Source: a virus | DNA length: 64,000 nucleotides | Reading direction: 5' to 3' (one strand) | IMG/VR virus record: IMGVR_UViG_3300005663_000033 | Span: 32,001 to 96,000 of that record | Shown: positions 39,859 to 50,991 of the stretch, in pieces | Numbering within the stretch: position 1 is the first letter of the stretch | Layout: each line of letters begins with the position of its first letter | Translations under genes and position numbers: made by a program | The notes under the pieces: model-generated | The model's database searches: none | What the model was told of the DNA's origin: nothing | What the model saw: the letters and a program-made list of their open reading frames with translations, nothing else

Positions 39859-41431
39859 TGTGGCTATGGAAGTGTTTAGAGGATGGTATCGTAAGTCTCT
39901 GTCTAGAAAAGGCACCGTGTGGCACCGTGTCCATAAGGTCGATTCTGTTTTCGCTAGCAAGCAGATGGCATACACAGTATGCGATAGACGTATAGCAACG
40001 ACCAAGTGTGACTTCGATATGAAACCAGATCACAGATATATGCAGTGTGAAAAGTCACCTGGAGTAATAGTAGAAACGGGTCGTGGTTTTGTCCCCATAG
40101 GCGCAACAGCAATCAACACCAAAGCTGATGCCATTTACGAATTGAAACGTCTATTGAAACCACGAACCTATTATCTTAGGATTTGGGGTATCTATGGTGT
40201 TCAAATCACAGCCAAATGGGAATCAGATATTAGTATAGATATTTACACAGAAACCGAAATCATTACCAAACGGCACAAGAAAAAGCTTATGGCTTTGCTG
40301 CAAGTGCAAGCAGACTTGGGTCGTTTCAAGTCTGCGATTGATTGTCTTTGTGACGCAACAACCGTCCTGGCCAAAAAGGCTAAGGAGAAGAAGAAGTTAA
40401 AGGGTCGTCTAACCGAAGCAGAAGATCAGGCGTACTTCGAAGAACTCTTATATGAAGCGGAGAAATAAAAATGTCGTGGTCATTAAAAAATATGATTGAT
40501 AAAATGAGTGATGACAGAAGAGAGGCTCAGCTACAATGGAACAGAGAATTTCCACCAGATATAGAGGTGGATGTGGTTGAAGATGCTGGTATAACAATTA
40601 CGTATGGAATATGGAAAGTTCCTAATGGCGACATCTTCTTTATACCTAAATCAAAAAGTGGTTATCAACCAGAGCGCAGAATTAATATTGACAAAAAAAT
40701 TGTCGAGGCAATAAGGGGTAAAACATGACTCAGGTAATGATAGATGTTAATGATAAAAGAATAGACGAAGCGGTAAGAAAAGAACTCAAGCGACTAGAAG
40801 GACAGGTTAAGCGTTTGAAGTTGAGCAATGCAAAACTCAAGTCTCAGATAAGAGACCAACAGGAACTTGAGACAAGAGCGCGTAAGATTGTCAACGCAGC
40901 GGAAGCTATAGTCCGTGAATACAATGATGAGGAATAAGATGATAGAAAGAGACAAGATTTACATCATAAACACCAATGATCTCACTCAGGTCAAATGTTT
41001 TTCTGTTGGTGAAACAGTCTCCTACAAGATAGCAATGTACCTTCTTGGAAAAAGGATTCCTTTGTTTCTCCTTTGTCGCCCAGGTTACAGTTCTATCTTT
41101 TTGGAATCTCATCTCCATTGTGAGATGGTGGAAGAAATCAAAAAATGGTTGACAGCGACAATCAAGGTTCGTTATAGGGGTGTAGGAAAAATGAAATCTA
41201 TACCATTCCCTTTTAGGGATAAGGAGAAAGAATAATGAAAACAATATATGTCGTCCTTAGAGGGGAAAACCGTGAGTTCAGAAGATTATTCTCTTCTCGC
41301 GGTGGGGCGGAAGGCTACATATCCACAGGACAAAAGGCTGGGATAGATGGCTCTGAATCAGAATTTGTTGAAGTCCACCAAGTAAGAGAAGAAGCAAGTT
41401 GCGACTCTTGTATCTCTAATGAGGAGTAATC

Positions 41432-41638
41432 ATGCGAGAACAAAAGAAAGTCATCATAGATATTGACCCAGACGGAAATTGTTCGATAGGGGGTGAGGGG
41501 TTCGTTGGTCCTGAATGTGGTCATTTCCTTAGTGAAATTGAAGAATCACTTGGAACACAAATATCTCAAAAAGATAAACCGGAATATAGACAAAGACACA
41601 CAACCAGTAATAGAAACCGTCAGTGTGAAGGTAGGTAA
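41432..41638 (+). CDS. DUF2997-like protein
   Basis: IDIDPDG....GEGFVGPEC......IEESLG......KPEY. Confidence 0.75.
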   Translation: MREQKKVIIDIDPDGNCSIGGEGFVGPECGHFLSEIEESLGTQISQKDKPEYRQRHTTSNRNRQCEGR

Positions 41639-41741
41639 TATGAATATCAGACAACTTGGATTGTGGACAATAACATTGTTGGTACTCAAAAAAATATGGT
41701 GGCTTGCAGTTATTCTGTTTGTCGTGTTTTAGGAGATCAAT

Positions 41742-41930
41742 ATGCAAAGTATTCTTAATCAGGCAGCAACGAAAAAATTCATTATAGCCAAATTCAGAAA
41801 TCTTCGGCCGGGAATGCCGATAAGTCGTGTGTCAAAAGATTCTCTAGAAAAAATCGAAGCAAGGCTTCGTGCGTGGATAATAGAAGAGGTGCAGCGACAC
41901 CCCTCTATTGGTGTAACTTTCAAATTGTAA
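41742..41930 (+). CDS. Small basic protein, candidate histone-fold (alpha3/phage histone-like)
   Basis: 62 aa; short helix, RVSKD loop, long helix LEKIEARLRAWIIEEV, then G.T. Confidence 0.45.
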   Translation: MQSILNQAATKKFIIAKFRNLRPGMPISRVSKDSLEKIEARLRAWIIEEVQRHPSIGVTFKL

Positions 41931-42926
41931 AAAGGAGAGTAATATGAGTTATCCATTGATAAAAATAGTATCTGATGTCAAAAGCATCAAATGGTTTTCC
42001 CATATCCAAAAGAAAATATCAAAGGTTGGGCTGTTTTTAAATGTTTTCGAAGATAAGTTTGCTGTTGGCAAAAAGAAATACGCTTCTAAAATCGAGGACG
42101 TTATTGATGAGGCCGTACGCACATCTACAGAGGGTTCAATCTCATTGTTTAACACTCTAGAAGAAGTAGAAGCGTTCGTCCAAGGCTTTTGTCTTTCTAC
42201 GGGTAAGAAGCTTCCCTTCTGACCGAGCGCCTTGAGCGGTGGCAATAAAAGTCCACCACCAGTTTATTGTATACGTGTTATCTGGAAAGGATATGGAATT
42301 AAGATTGTAATAAACAAATGTTTTGGTGGATTCGGCTTCAGCAAAGAAGGAATCGAATCCATGGGTTTAGACTGGGATGATCATGGGAAATGTGATGACT
42401 TGTCTCGAAGCGACCCCAGGCTTGTCAAATGTGTCGAAGAACTCGGCGACAAGGCGAATGGGATATTCGCTAGTTTGAAGGTAGTGGAAATTCCGAACGA
42501 TATAAAATACACGATAGAAGATTACGACGGAATAGAACATATTGTAGAGGAACATCAAACTTGGGAGTAATGCCTTTTGAACGGAGTCGGTGAATGAGTA
42601 AAAAGAAAACAGAGAGACAAAAAGTAAGTAAGATGATCGTAGGAGGATTGAGGGAGACAATACGCGCCCATGGTCCTATAACGAAACGATTAATAGGAAG
42701 TGCGGCAAAACGAATTATTGGCACGCTACTTGCCAAAAGGAAAATAGATGATCAAGAAGAAGAAACAGGATGATTTTTGGGAGCCATGTCTACGAGCTAA
42801 TGGACGAATGGAATGGATATGTCCGTGTGGTGTAGGTCATGGAAATCATGTTCATGGATGTTGTGGAAAAGAATGTTGTAATCGGGATGATTTTCCAGGC
42901 AAGACAGAAAATAAATAGAGGTGCTG

Positions 42927-43439
42927 ATGCAATTAATTCGTTACCCATCACAAATATTGTTGAAAATATGTAAGTCGGTGCTTGACTCAGGGAAGGGTCA
43001 GAGACGTAAAGATAGACTTATACTTGCCAACAAGATGTGGAAAATAATGAATGATAATCATGGCATTGGATTAGCTGCACCTCAAGTTGGACTTGATATC
43101 CGTATGTTCGTCTGGAATTACTATGGCAGTCAGGTGCATAATCAGGCTATTTGGAATCCAGTCTTGATTCATATATGTGGTTTTATAGAATCAACAGAAG
43201 GATGTCTTTCGTTGCCTGGAGTAAACGTAACCCTACAAAGAGCAACATCATCTGTTTTGTCTGGCACTGGAATAAACGGGAAACCAATAGGACTCATCGG
43301 AAATTCAATCACAACACGAATTTGGCAGCACGAAATTAATCACCTAGACGGCAAGCTGATCATAGATAATATGAGTTTGAGTGACAAAAATTCCAACAAA
43401 GGTGCTCTTCGTGAATTATTGAAGAATCATGGACAATAA
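42927..43439 (+). CDS. def: Peptide deformylase
   Basis: GIGLAAPQVG, EGCLS and QHEINHLDG motifs. Confidence 0.95.
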   Translation: MQLIRYPSQILLKICKSVLDSGKGQRRKDRLILANKMWKIMNDNHGIGLAAPQVGLDIRMFVWNYYGSQVHNQAIWNPVLIHICGFIESTEGCLSLPGVNVTLQRATSSVLSGTGINGKPIGLIGNSITTRIWQHEINHLDGKLIIDNMSLSDKNSNKGALRELLKNHGQ

Positions 43440-44552
43440 AATAATGATAGAAGAAAAACCTCCAAAGACATTAGAGGGATGGACCGTAACCACATTATGG
43501 TTCAAGCGAGGAATTGATGATCCGAAACCTCTAAAATACAAGGTGTGGTCACCTCCAGGGTGCTCCAATAACGATCGTATCAAACTACTAGAAAAGGCCG
43601 CAAATCAAATAGTCGGTCTTGTATGGGAACTTGTTGGCGCAGACCCAATAGTAATACAGGGACAATTCAAAAGTGAAATAAGCGAGGGTGTCGAGTAAAA
43701 AAATGAAACATAAAAAAACAATTAAGGCTTATGTTTATTGTTACAGTCAAAATCCCATTCGTTGGATATGGTTTTGTTCTCCTTTCCTTGGAGTCGATAT
43801 GAAAGGAAAAACAAAAACACCAGTTGGAGCCAAACGCGCAGCAAAAAGAACTATCGAACGTATGGGATATATCGCTGAAGTTGAGATTTTGGGACCACGA
43901 ACACCAAAAGTAAAGACGAGATGACAAAAGTAAAATTTTCTGACTTTTTCAGATTTTTTATGGAACGTTTTGACGATTTTGTCCTCCCTATACTTACAGA
44001 GTCTTGTACTTTTCTTTCACATTCATGTCTCCTCTTTCTAAGCTATAAAATCGAAGCGATGATTTGTTATAATCGCAGTGAAGTCATACTCAACTATTGT
44101 AACAAAACATTATATTCTTTGTCTTGCTCTGATATTTTAAGTGATTTATTCACTGATAAGTATGATAAAGATGAGTTTAATCGCAGAGATTCAATACATC
44201 GTTCCGAATTGGAGATTCAGTAGATAGGATGAAAAGTTACAAAAAGAATCCGGGCAGTGCGCGCGGAGGTTGATCGATGGAATGTTTAGTCTGTAGGCAA
44301 AAAATCAAGCTTCACGAACAAATCTTCTGGGGAAATCAGATGGAGTGTTGTGGCCCCGGAGATAGCGATTGTAGCTACTCAGGTGATTCTGGGGGACTTA
44401 TGGGTGCCATACACCTATCTTGTCTAGAAAGTCCAACAGCAGCCACTAGAACTCCAAATACGACAGTTTCCGAGCCCCTGGAGAAGAAGTCGAAGTCCGA
44501 ATCGGTTGTGGAAAGATCAGATGCATTGGCATTATTTAATTAGGAGATAAAA

Positions 44553-44807
44553 ATGAGTGAACAAACAGTTACATGTACATGTCCAATATGCGGTGAACCA
44601 TATGTGTTTTATAGTCATTACGCTGGAAATCAATCTGTGTGTCCCGATTGTCGCTATAAATATGGCGGGAGCAGCGGTGGTCAAATTATTCAATGCCCAA
44701 TATGTCATGAACCATATAAGTTTTATTCGCACTATGTGGGAGATCAATCAGCATGTCCCTCTTGTCGAGAAAAGGCTCGCAGTAAATTACCTAGATGGAA
44801 TAACTAG
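44553..44807 (+). CDS. Double zinc-ribbon protein (internal tandem duplication)
   Basis: CPICGEPYVFYSHYAGNQSVCPDCR and CPICHEPYKFYSHYVGDQSACPSCR. Confidence 0.75.
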   Translation: MSEQTVTCTCPICGEPYVFYSHYAGNQSVCPDCRYKYGGSSGGQIIQCPICHEPYKFYSHYVGDQSACPSCREKARSKLPRWNN

Positions 44808-44846
44808 ACATACTAATTATCGTTTGAAGTTGGAGTTGATTTGTAA

Positions 44847-45497
44847 ATGCCGAAATTGATTGATCTTACTGGGAAAAGATTTGGTAGGCTTGTTGTTATC
44901 TGTCGCGACAAGAAAAATCGATTTGGAACACTCTGTTGGTTGTGTTTGTGTGACTGTGGTAAAGAAAAAATTATTCTTTGTGGCAGTCTTAAAAGTGGCA
45001 AGACGAAAAGTTGTGGATGTTTACGAAAAGAAATTATTTCAAAAATAATGACAAAACATGGCCATACGAAGAATAGGAAACAATCTCAAGTCTACAGGTC
45101 GTGGTATCACATAATACAGCGATGTACTAATTCTAACACAAAAGACTACCGTTGGTATGGTAGTCGAGGAATAACTGTTTGCGAACGATGGTTAAAATTC
45201 GAAAATTTTCTTGAGGATATGGGAGAGGCACCAATTGGATATCAAATTGATAGATTGGATAATAATAAAGGGTATTATTTAGAAAATTGTCGGTGGGTTA
45301 CCCCAAAACAAAATGGTCGCAATAAACGAAACAATCATCTGATTACACATAATGGCGAAATACAATGTATATCTGCTTGGGCAGAAGAAACCGGAATAAG
45401 TAAAAATACTATATTGTGGAGAATAACTCACGGTTGGTCACCGGAGAAAACTTTAACTACACCAGGTAAAATGGAGAAAACGAGTGACTGTAACTGA
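44847..45497 (+). CDS. Free-standing HNH homing endonuclease
   Basis: DLTGKRFGRLVV, CLCDCG, SCGC, YGSRGITVCERW..FENFLEDMG, IDRLDNNKGY..ENCRW. Confidence 0.88.
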   Translation: MPKLIDLTGKRFGRLVVICRDKKNRFGTLCWLCLCDCGKEKIILCGSLKSGKTKSCGCLRKEIISKIMTKHGHTKNRKQSQVYRSWYHIIQRCTNSNTKDYRWYGSRGITVCERWLKFENFLEDMGEAPIGYQIDRLDNNKGYYLENCRWVTPKQNGRNKRNNHLITHNGEIQCISAWAEETGISKNTILWRITHGWSPEKTLTTPGKMEKTSDCN

Positions 45498-46935
45498 AAT
45501 AAAGCCAAAAGTTATCACAATTTTTCCAGAGCGCGGGATTATCGTGGATAAGAATTTAGTAAATTTGAACGAACAATTCCGAAAATTGCCATCTTTTGTG
45601 GCTGATTTTTTGGTCGCAGAAATGGTAGATAGTGATAACCCCGCTCCAGGTTTGGAACGCATTAATCAACTTCTAAGTGATCATTATATGGAATCCGACC
45701 AAAGGGAGCTTGTGAAGAGTAAAATTCGTGAAAAAGGAGAGTATACTCTTCTAGGGAATATCCGTTGTAGATATGATGATGGCAAGGATGAATATTGGGC
45801 TGATGTTGTGGCACTCGGGAATCAGTACATCCGCATAGACCCATACCTTATCGCCGAACACGGAGAAACTCTATTAACCACCGGCGCTTGGGGGATATTT
45901 CAAATCACATATGATGATTCATACGTCATGAGAAATAAACTATATCCATTTTTAATAACCAAGTTCCGTCCTATACAGATTACGAGAATTGATGTTGATA
46001 CCTGGATCAAACGTAGATCCCAGTTCACAAATGAAGAATGGCTAGATTTAATGATTACGAGTGTCGGCTTTGATCCCACCCATCTTTCTGAAGAAGAAAA
46101 ATGGTTGTATATGGTAAGGATGGTTCCATTTATTGAACCAAATGTCAATATGGTAGAACTCGGCCCCACCATGACCGGAAAAACATTTGCGTGCCAATCT
46201 CTCAGTGCTCATGGATTTGTGATTTCTGGCTCCCAAACAACAGTGGCGTCTTTATTTTATGATAAACTGCGAAGACAATTGGGGTTAATAGGCTATAGAG
46301 ACGTCGTTGCGTTTGACGAATTCACCAATAGTCGCGGTGGGAACAAATGGTCTGGACACAGCGGTTTAGTAGACATCCTCAAAGATTTCATGAATTCTGG
46401 AAGATTCGGTCGTGGTACTGCTGAATTTGCTTCGGATTGTTCTTTGATGTTCATGGGAAATATTGATTGCGATAGAGACAAGAGGGCTGTTTCGGTAAGA
46501 TATCGGAGTCTTTTCTCACCATTTCCACAAATAGTTAGTCAAGATAGGGCATTTATTGATCGTATCCATGGATTCATTCCAGGTTGGCGAATAGGGCCGA
46601 TTAGAGAATCCAACCTTGCCAAAGGTTTAGGGTTTATGGCTGACTATATGTCTGAAATAATGCACAGAATGAGAGATCGTAATTATGCTAATGTCATATT
46701 ACAAAATGTGGATTTCGGGAAAATGGGACAAAGAGATCAGAGATCGCTTGTTCGTATAGGGTCTGGTTTACTGAAATTGGTGTTCCCCCACAGAATAGTC
46801 GAAACTGTAGAACCTAATGAACTGAAAACCGTTTTGGATATGGCGGTCGATCTGCGACAGAGAGTGTTGGACCAGCTAGCAATAATTTCTCCTGGTGAAT
46901 TCAAGGGTGTTAAATTGGAGTATAAAGTTAAATGA
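45484..46935 (+). CDS. BrxL-like AAA+ ATPase lacking the C-terminal Lon protease domain
   Basis: R..FT.EEWLDL...S.G, ELGPTMTGKT, DVVAFDE, LKDFM.SG.F.RG, GNID, AFIDRIHGFIPGW. Confidence 0.85.
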   Translation: MTVTEIKPKVITIFPERGIIVDKNLVNLNEQFRKLPSFVADFLVAEMVDSDNPAPGLERINQLLSDHYMESDQRELVKSKIREKGEYTLLGNIRCRYDDGKDEYWADVVALGNQYIRIDPYLIAEHGETLLTTGAWGIFQITYDDSYVMRNKLYPFLITKFRPIQITRIDVDTWIKRRSQFTNEEWLDLMITSVGFDPTHLSEEEKWLYMVRMVPFIEPNVNMVELGPTMTGKTFACQSLSAHGFVISGSQTTVASLFYDKLRRQLGLIGYRDVVAFDEFTNSRGGNKWSGHSGLVDILKDFMNSGRFGRGTAEFASDCSLMFMGNIDCDRDKRAVSVRYRSLFSPFPQIVSQDRAFIDRIHGFIPGWRIGPIRESNLAKGLGFMADYMSEIMHRMRDRNYANVILQNVDFGKMGQRDQRSLVRIGSGLLKLVFPHRIVETVEPNELKTVLDMAVDLRQRVLDQLAIISPGEFKGVKLEYKVK

Positions 46936-47786
46936 AAACTAGAGACGGATATAAAATAAAAAAACGTCACGTCTATTTTTATGTTCCCAGAAGTAATACT
47001 TGTGGTACAAATAAATATAAAATATACAAAACAAGGTGTAGTTGTTTTTTTGAAGGCGATCAAATTGGCATGACCAATAATATTTTCTTGAGAGGTATAG
47101 ATACAAAACACACTCTTTTTAGAGACCTAAAAAAAGCGAAACAATTGTGTTTAAGAAGATTGTACAGAGAAAGAGGAAAAATCAACAAGACTATTCGGGA
47201 GTTTTCAGAATGAAAAATAAATACCCAGAATGTGAAAAGATGGCGGCAGTCAAAGATAAGTCCCAGACGATTGGTGAGTTTATTCATTGGTTATTTAATG
47301 AAAAGGAATGTGTAATAGCACATTACGATCCATATGAAGATGACAGGGGTGGAGATACCCTTGTTCTGGTTCAAAAAAACATTGAAACATGGTTGGCAGA
47401 GTTTTTCAAAATAAACCTCGACAAAGTTGAAAAAGAGAAGCGTCAAATGCTCAAGGAGATAAGGGGTCGTGATGCAGCTAAAAACAAATGAAGAAATAGA
47501 TGTGTCATGTACGTGGGGAGATGGTCCGGATGTATGTGTCAACATATATTATGATCACAAGAAACTTGACCGTTGGACTAAAGGATTTTTCCCTATGGAC
47601 TTTACTGGGGACGAAGCAATTGAAATTGGTCACAAGTTGATACAGGCGGGCGAGCAAGCGAAGGAATTGGATCGTTGTTATGAGGATTATATGAAAAGTG
47701 AGAGAAAAAATGAAAATTCAGAATAGTGAGACAGTGATAATTGTCACTGGATTAAGCTGGAAACATGTGAAATAAGGAGAATACAA

Positions 47787-48614
47787 ATGAGTAGTTTTGT
47801 GACTGAGCCAAGAGTCGAATTGATAGGAAAACCAATAATCGAAATCGATGGGGTAATGAGATTCCTCAACGAACACGATTATGATTGGTCAGAATTTACC
47901 GATAAGCTTGAGTCAATGATTAGTCTTGGTGACGACGATGGTGAATGGCTTGTTGAATTCGCAGGTCGTATGTGTTATCAAAGTTGGCCCAAATGTGGTG
48001 AAAAATCAAAAGGTAGAAAACACGAAGATCACGTCAAACATTTGATTGAAGTTGGACATGGAGCGGCAATTGAACATTCCACGTATACTTTTGCTATTTG
48101 GGATGTTTCTCGCAGTTTAACTCATGAATTGGTCCGTCATCGAATTGCATCGTATTCACAGTTGAGTCAACGATATGTTGATTCATCCAGTGTCAGATTT
48201 ATTGTCCCACCAGCTATGCAGGAATTGGAAAAAATCGATCCCGATGCTTACAGAGCATGGATTGAACATTGTGAACGATCAAGGCAATTATACGAGGAAT
48301 TGACGGCTAAGCTGTCTGATATGTACGGGGATACTGAGAGTAAACTTGAACGTAGGAAGAAGGCTCGTCAAGCTGCACGTTCTGTGTTGCCAAATGCTAC
48401 CGAAACTAAGATTATCGTAACAATGAATGCTAGAGCGGTGCGACATCTAATTGAGTTACGAGCCAATCCCGCAGCGGATGTTGAAATCAGAAAGTTGGCC
48501 GTCAAGATATGCCGTATTCTACAAGATAAAGCTCCGCTGTTTGCGCATGGTCTTGGTATTGTAAAATTGCAAGACGGAACAGAGGGGGTTGAGTCTAAAT
48601 ACAAAAGAGTGTAG
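47787..48614 (+). CDS. thyX: Flavin-dependent thymidylate synthase
   Basis: GH.A.IEH, SR..THELVRHR.ASYSQLSQRYV, AR.VLPNA.ET, EIR.LA. Confidence 0.95.
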   Translation: MSSFVTEPRVELIGKPIIEIDGVMRFLNEHDYDWSEFTDKLESMISLGDDDGEWLVEFAGRMCYQSWPKCGEKSKGRKHEDHVKHLIEVGHGAAIEHSTYTFAIWDVSRSLTHELVRHRIASYSQLSQRYVDSSSVRFIVPPAMQELEKIDPDAYRAWIEHCERSRQLYEELTAKLSDMYGDTESKLERRKKARQAARSVLPNATETKIIVTMNARAVRHLIELRANPAADVEIRKLAVKICRILQDKAPLFAHGLGIVKLQDGTEGVESKYKRV

Positions 48615-48917
48615 TATGACGACATTTTGCGCCAACAATCTAGGAAAGATTAAACAGCAGCCCTTTCAATGTTCTGTGTGTGAGCAGACATTTACTGTTG
48701 AAGCCAACCTTGATTTTGGTGCTGAAGAATGTCCAAAGTGTGAAAAGAATCTTCGCACCCTTGTTTGTAGATTTATCAGGCTGGTTATAACTGGAAATCC
48801 TGATGGAATGTCTTTGAATGATATTTTGTGTATTCTTGGGAGGGATGAAGTTAAACGGAGAATTATGTCATATAAGATTTACAATTAGAAAATTACAAAG
48901 TAAAATCAAAGATTTGT

Positions 48918-48951
48918 GAAACAAAAATTGGAGTTGGACGTATAATGAGGT
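48918..48951 (+). promoter_or_regulatory. Conserved phage promoter, copy 5
   Basis: GAAACA-aaaattgg-AGTTGGACG-TATAAT, immediately before the recombinase ATG (near-leaderless). Confidence 0.75.
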
Positions 48952-48957
48952 GGAAAG

Positions 48958-49848
48958 ATGCCTATGCTTGAACTGGCCTTAGATGAATTCGAAACATATA
49001 TCCGCACGGAGCTTGGTTTATCCAAGGAGACGCTTTCGGCGTATCTCAGAGATGCAAGAGAATTTCTTGATTTTATCGGGATACAAAAATTGACCGCCAA
49101 GTTAATAGAAGAATTCGTTAGTCATCTGCGCGGGCGGGGACTTAAGCAAACGACAATCCGGCGAAAATACATGTCTGTTAGATGTTTGTGCCATCACCTC
49201 ATCAGCCGTGGTGGTCTAGATCCGAATATTCTCGGTATGGTTGATTCAGTTCGTATAAACAGGAGAACGCCAGATGCATTGGAACATGAAGCTGTGGATG
49301 CCCTTGTGGCTGCTGTGGAAAAACGTGCACCCGTATACAGAGCAACTAACGTTCGCAGGGATGTCGCTATTGTATTGACGCTATATCACAGCGGACTTCG
49401 AGTGTCCGAATTATGTAATATGAATTTGACTGATGTGAACCCAACCCGAAGAGAAATAAGGGTGAGAGGAAAAGGTAGTCGCGATCGAATAGTCCCAACC
49501 ACACATAGGTGTATAAAAGTAATTAGCGATTATTTGGACTTAGATCGTAATTCTGATACGGATGCGGTATTTGTTAAGTCTGATGGTCAACGAATAACTC
49601 GCCGTGCTATTAGTGATATGTTGATGTCCCTTTCTCGTCGAGCAGGTGTAAAACACACCACAGCCCATATGTTACGAAGAACTTGTGCCACATCCCTCAT
49701 GAATAGTGGTGTAGATTTGGAACTTGTACAGACAATGCTCGGCCATAGACACTTATCAACAACGCAAGCATATTTGGCTGTTAGCTATAATCGACTTGTG
49801 GATGTTCATAGGCGATGTCATCCTTTTGGAGAAGAGTATGAAGTCTAG
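48958..49848 (+). CDS. XerC/XerD-like tyrosine recombinase
   Basis: SAM-like N-terminus (GLS.ET..AY.RD); catalytic R (SGLRVSEL), K (GKG), HxxR (HMLRR), H (LGH), Y (TTQAY). Confidence 0.93.
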   Translation: MPMLELALDEFETYIRTELGLSKETLSAYLRDAREFLDFIGIQKLTAKLIEEFVSHLRGRGLKQTTIRRKYMSVRCLCHHLISRGGLDPNILGMVDSVRINRRTPDALEHEAVDALVAAVEKRAPVYRATNVRRDVAIVLTLYHSGLRVSELCNMNLTDVNPTRREIRVRGKGSRDRIVPTTHRCIKVISDYLDLDRNSDTDAVFVKSDGQRITRRAISDMLMSLSRRAGVKHTTAHMLRRTCATSLMNSGVDLELVQTMLGHRHLSTTQAYLAVSYNRLVDVHRRCHPFGEEYEV

Positions 49849-50491
49849 TCGGAAGAAACGCAAAAATCACTGTGAACACGATGACGATTGTGAAGTTGTG
49901 ACAGGACCTAATGCTCCACTTCAATTCGACGAAATAGTAGAAGATTTTCTTACTAAAACACGTCGTCTGTTATTGGTGGGAGAAATAGATGAAATAGCAT
50001 CAGCACATATCTGTAGTTATTTACAAGTTTTTTCTCTTAAAAAAGACCCTGTCTATATGTACATAAATAGTCCTGGGGGATGTTTAGCTTCTGGATATGC
50101 TATTGTCGATCAAATGTTGGCCTGTGATTGTCCTATTTACACAATTATTCGTGGACAAGCACATTCTATGGGCGCTATAATAGCTGCGTTTGGCCAAAGT
50201 GGACATAGGTATTCAACGCCAAATTCATCTATCATGTTGCATTCAATTGTTGTTCAGAATGCATCCGGTCATATAGAAAAACATGCCGTAATGCTGGATT
50301 ATATTCGAAAAAATTATTCCGAAAAGATTGTAGACCTTGCTAGAAGAATGAAATTGACCACGAAACAATTAGCCGATACAATGAATGATACTATATGGAT
50401 GTCACCTAAACAAGCAGTGAAAATAGGTTTAATAGATGGGATTTGGACTCCACGTATGGAACGATCAATTAATAAGGGATTCAGCCAATGA
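49838..50491 (+). CDS. clpP: ClpP-family protease subunit
   Basis: YINSPGG, G.A.SMGA (catalytic Ser), PNS.IMLH (catalytic His), D.WMS..QA...GLID. Confidence 0.9.
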   Translation: MKSSRKKRKNHCEHDDDCEVVTGPNAPLQFDEIVEDFLTKTRRLLLVGEIDEIASAHICSYLQVFSLKKDPVYMYINSPGGCLASGYAIVDQMLACDCPIYTIIRGQAHSMGAIIAAFGQSGHRYSTPNSSIMLHSIVVQNASGHIEKHAVMLDYIRKNYSEKIVDLARRMKLTTKQLADTMNDTIWMSPKQAVKIGLIDGIWTPRMERSINKGFSQ

Positions 50492-50991
50492 TGAAGAAGA
50501 AGCGCCGTATTACTAAAACATATTTTGATTTTGCGTGTTGCCAATATGCACCATTAATACATAAGTTATCGTTTACGATTGGAATCGATGCGACACAAGC
50601 TGAAGAACTCAGGGTTCGCGCGAAAGAAGAATTGTTGAAATGTATGATTTGTTATGATCGAAGAGGGTCTTTCATGACCTTTTTATATTGTCGATTAGTT
50701 GGAATTTTCAAACACATAAGAGACGCAGAATACAGGGCCAGACGAGTTAAAACTATATCCGTGGATTCTATAATCAACATAGCTCAACCTGATTGCGATA
50801 TGGATTTTAACATGATGGTACAAGAGTGTCTAGAATGTCTAAATGACGAAGAGCGTGACGTTATCATGGAATTATTTTTTAGCGAAAAAACTATAAGAGA
50901 AATATCCGATGATTGTGGGTCGGTCGTTTCAACTATTTATCGAATAAAAACAGATGCAATAAATAAAATGAGGCAAAAATGTGGAGCATAA
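50488..50991 (+). CDS. Sigma70-family RNA polymerase sigma factor (regions 2 and 4)
   Basis: YD...GSF.TFL (region 2); L...ER.VI...FF..KT.REI......ST.YRI...A..K.R (region 4). Confidence 0.8.
   Translation: MMKKKRRITKTYFDFACCQYAPLIHKLSFTIGIDATQAEELRVRAKEELLKCMICYDRRGSFMTFLYCRLVGIFKHIRDAEYRARRVKTISVDSIINIAQPDCDMDFNMMVQECLECLNDEERDVIMELFFSEKTIREISDDCGSVVSTIYRIKTDAINKMRQKCGA

Noticed and set aside
43921-44270. ORF 43921-44223 as a real gene, or the region as an origin
   Set aside because: AT-rich with no clear RBS and no recognisable motifs, but also no iterated repeats to support an origin call; left unassigned.
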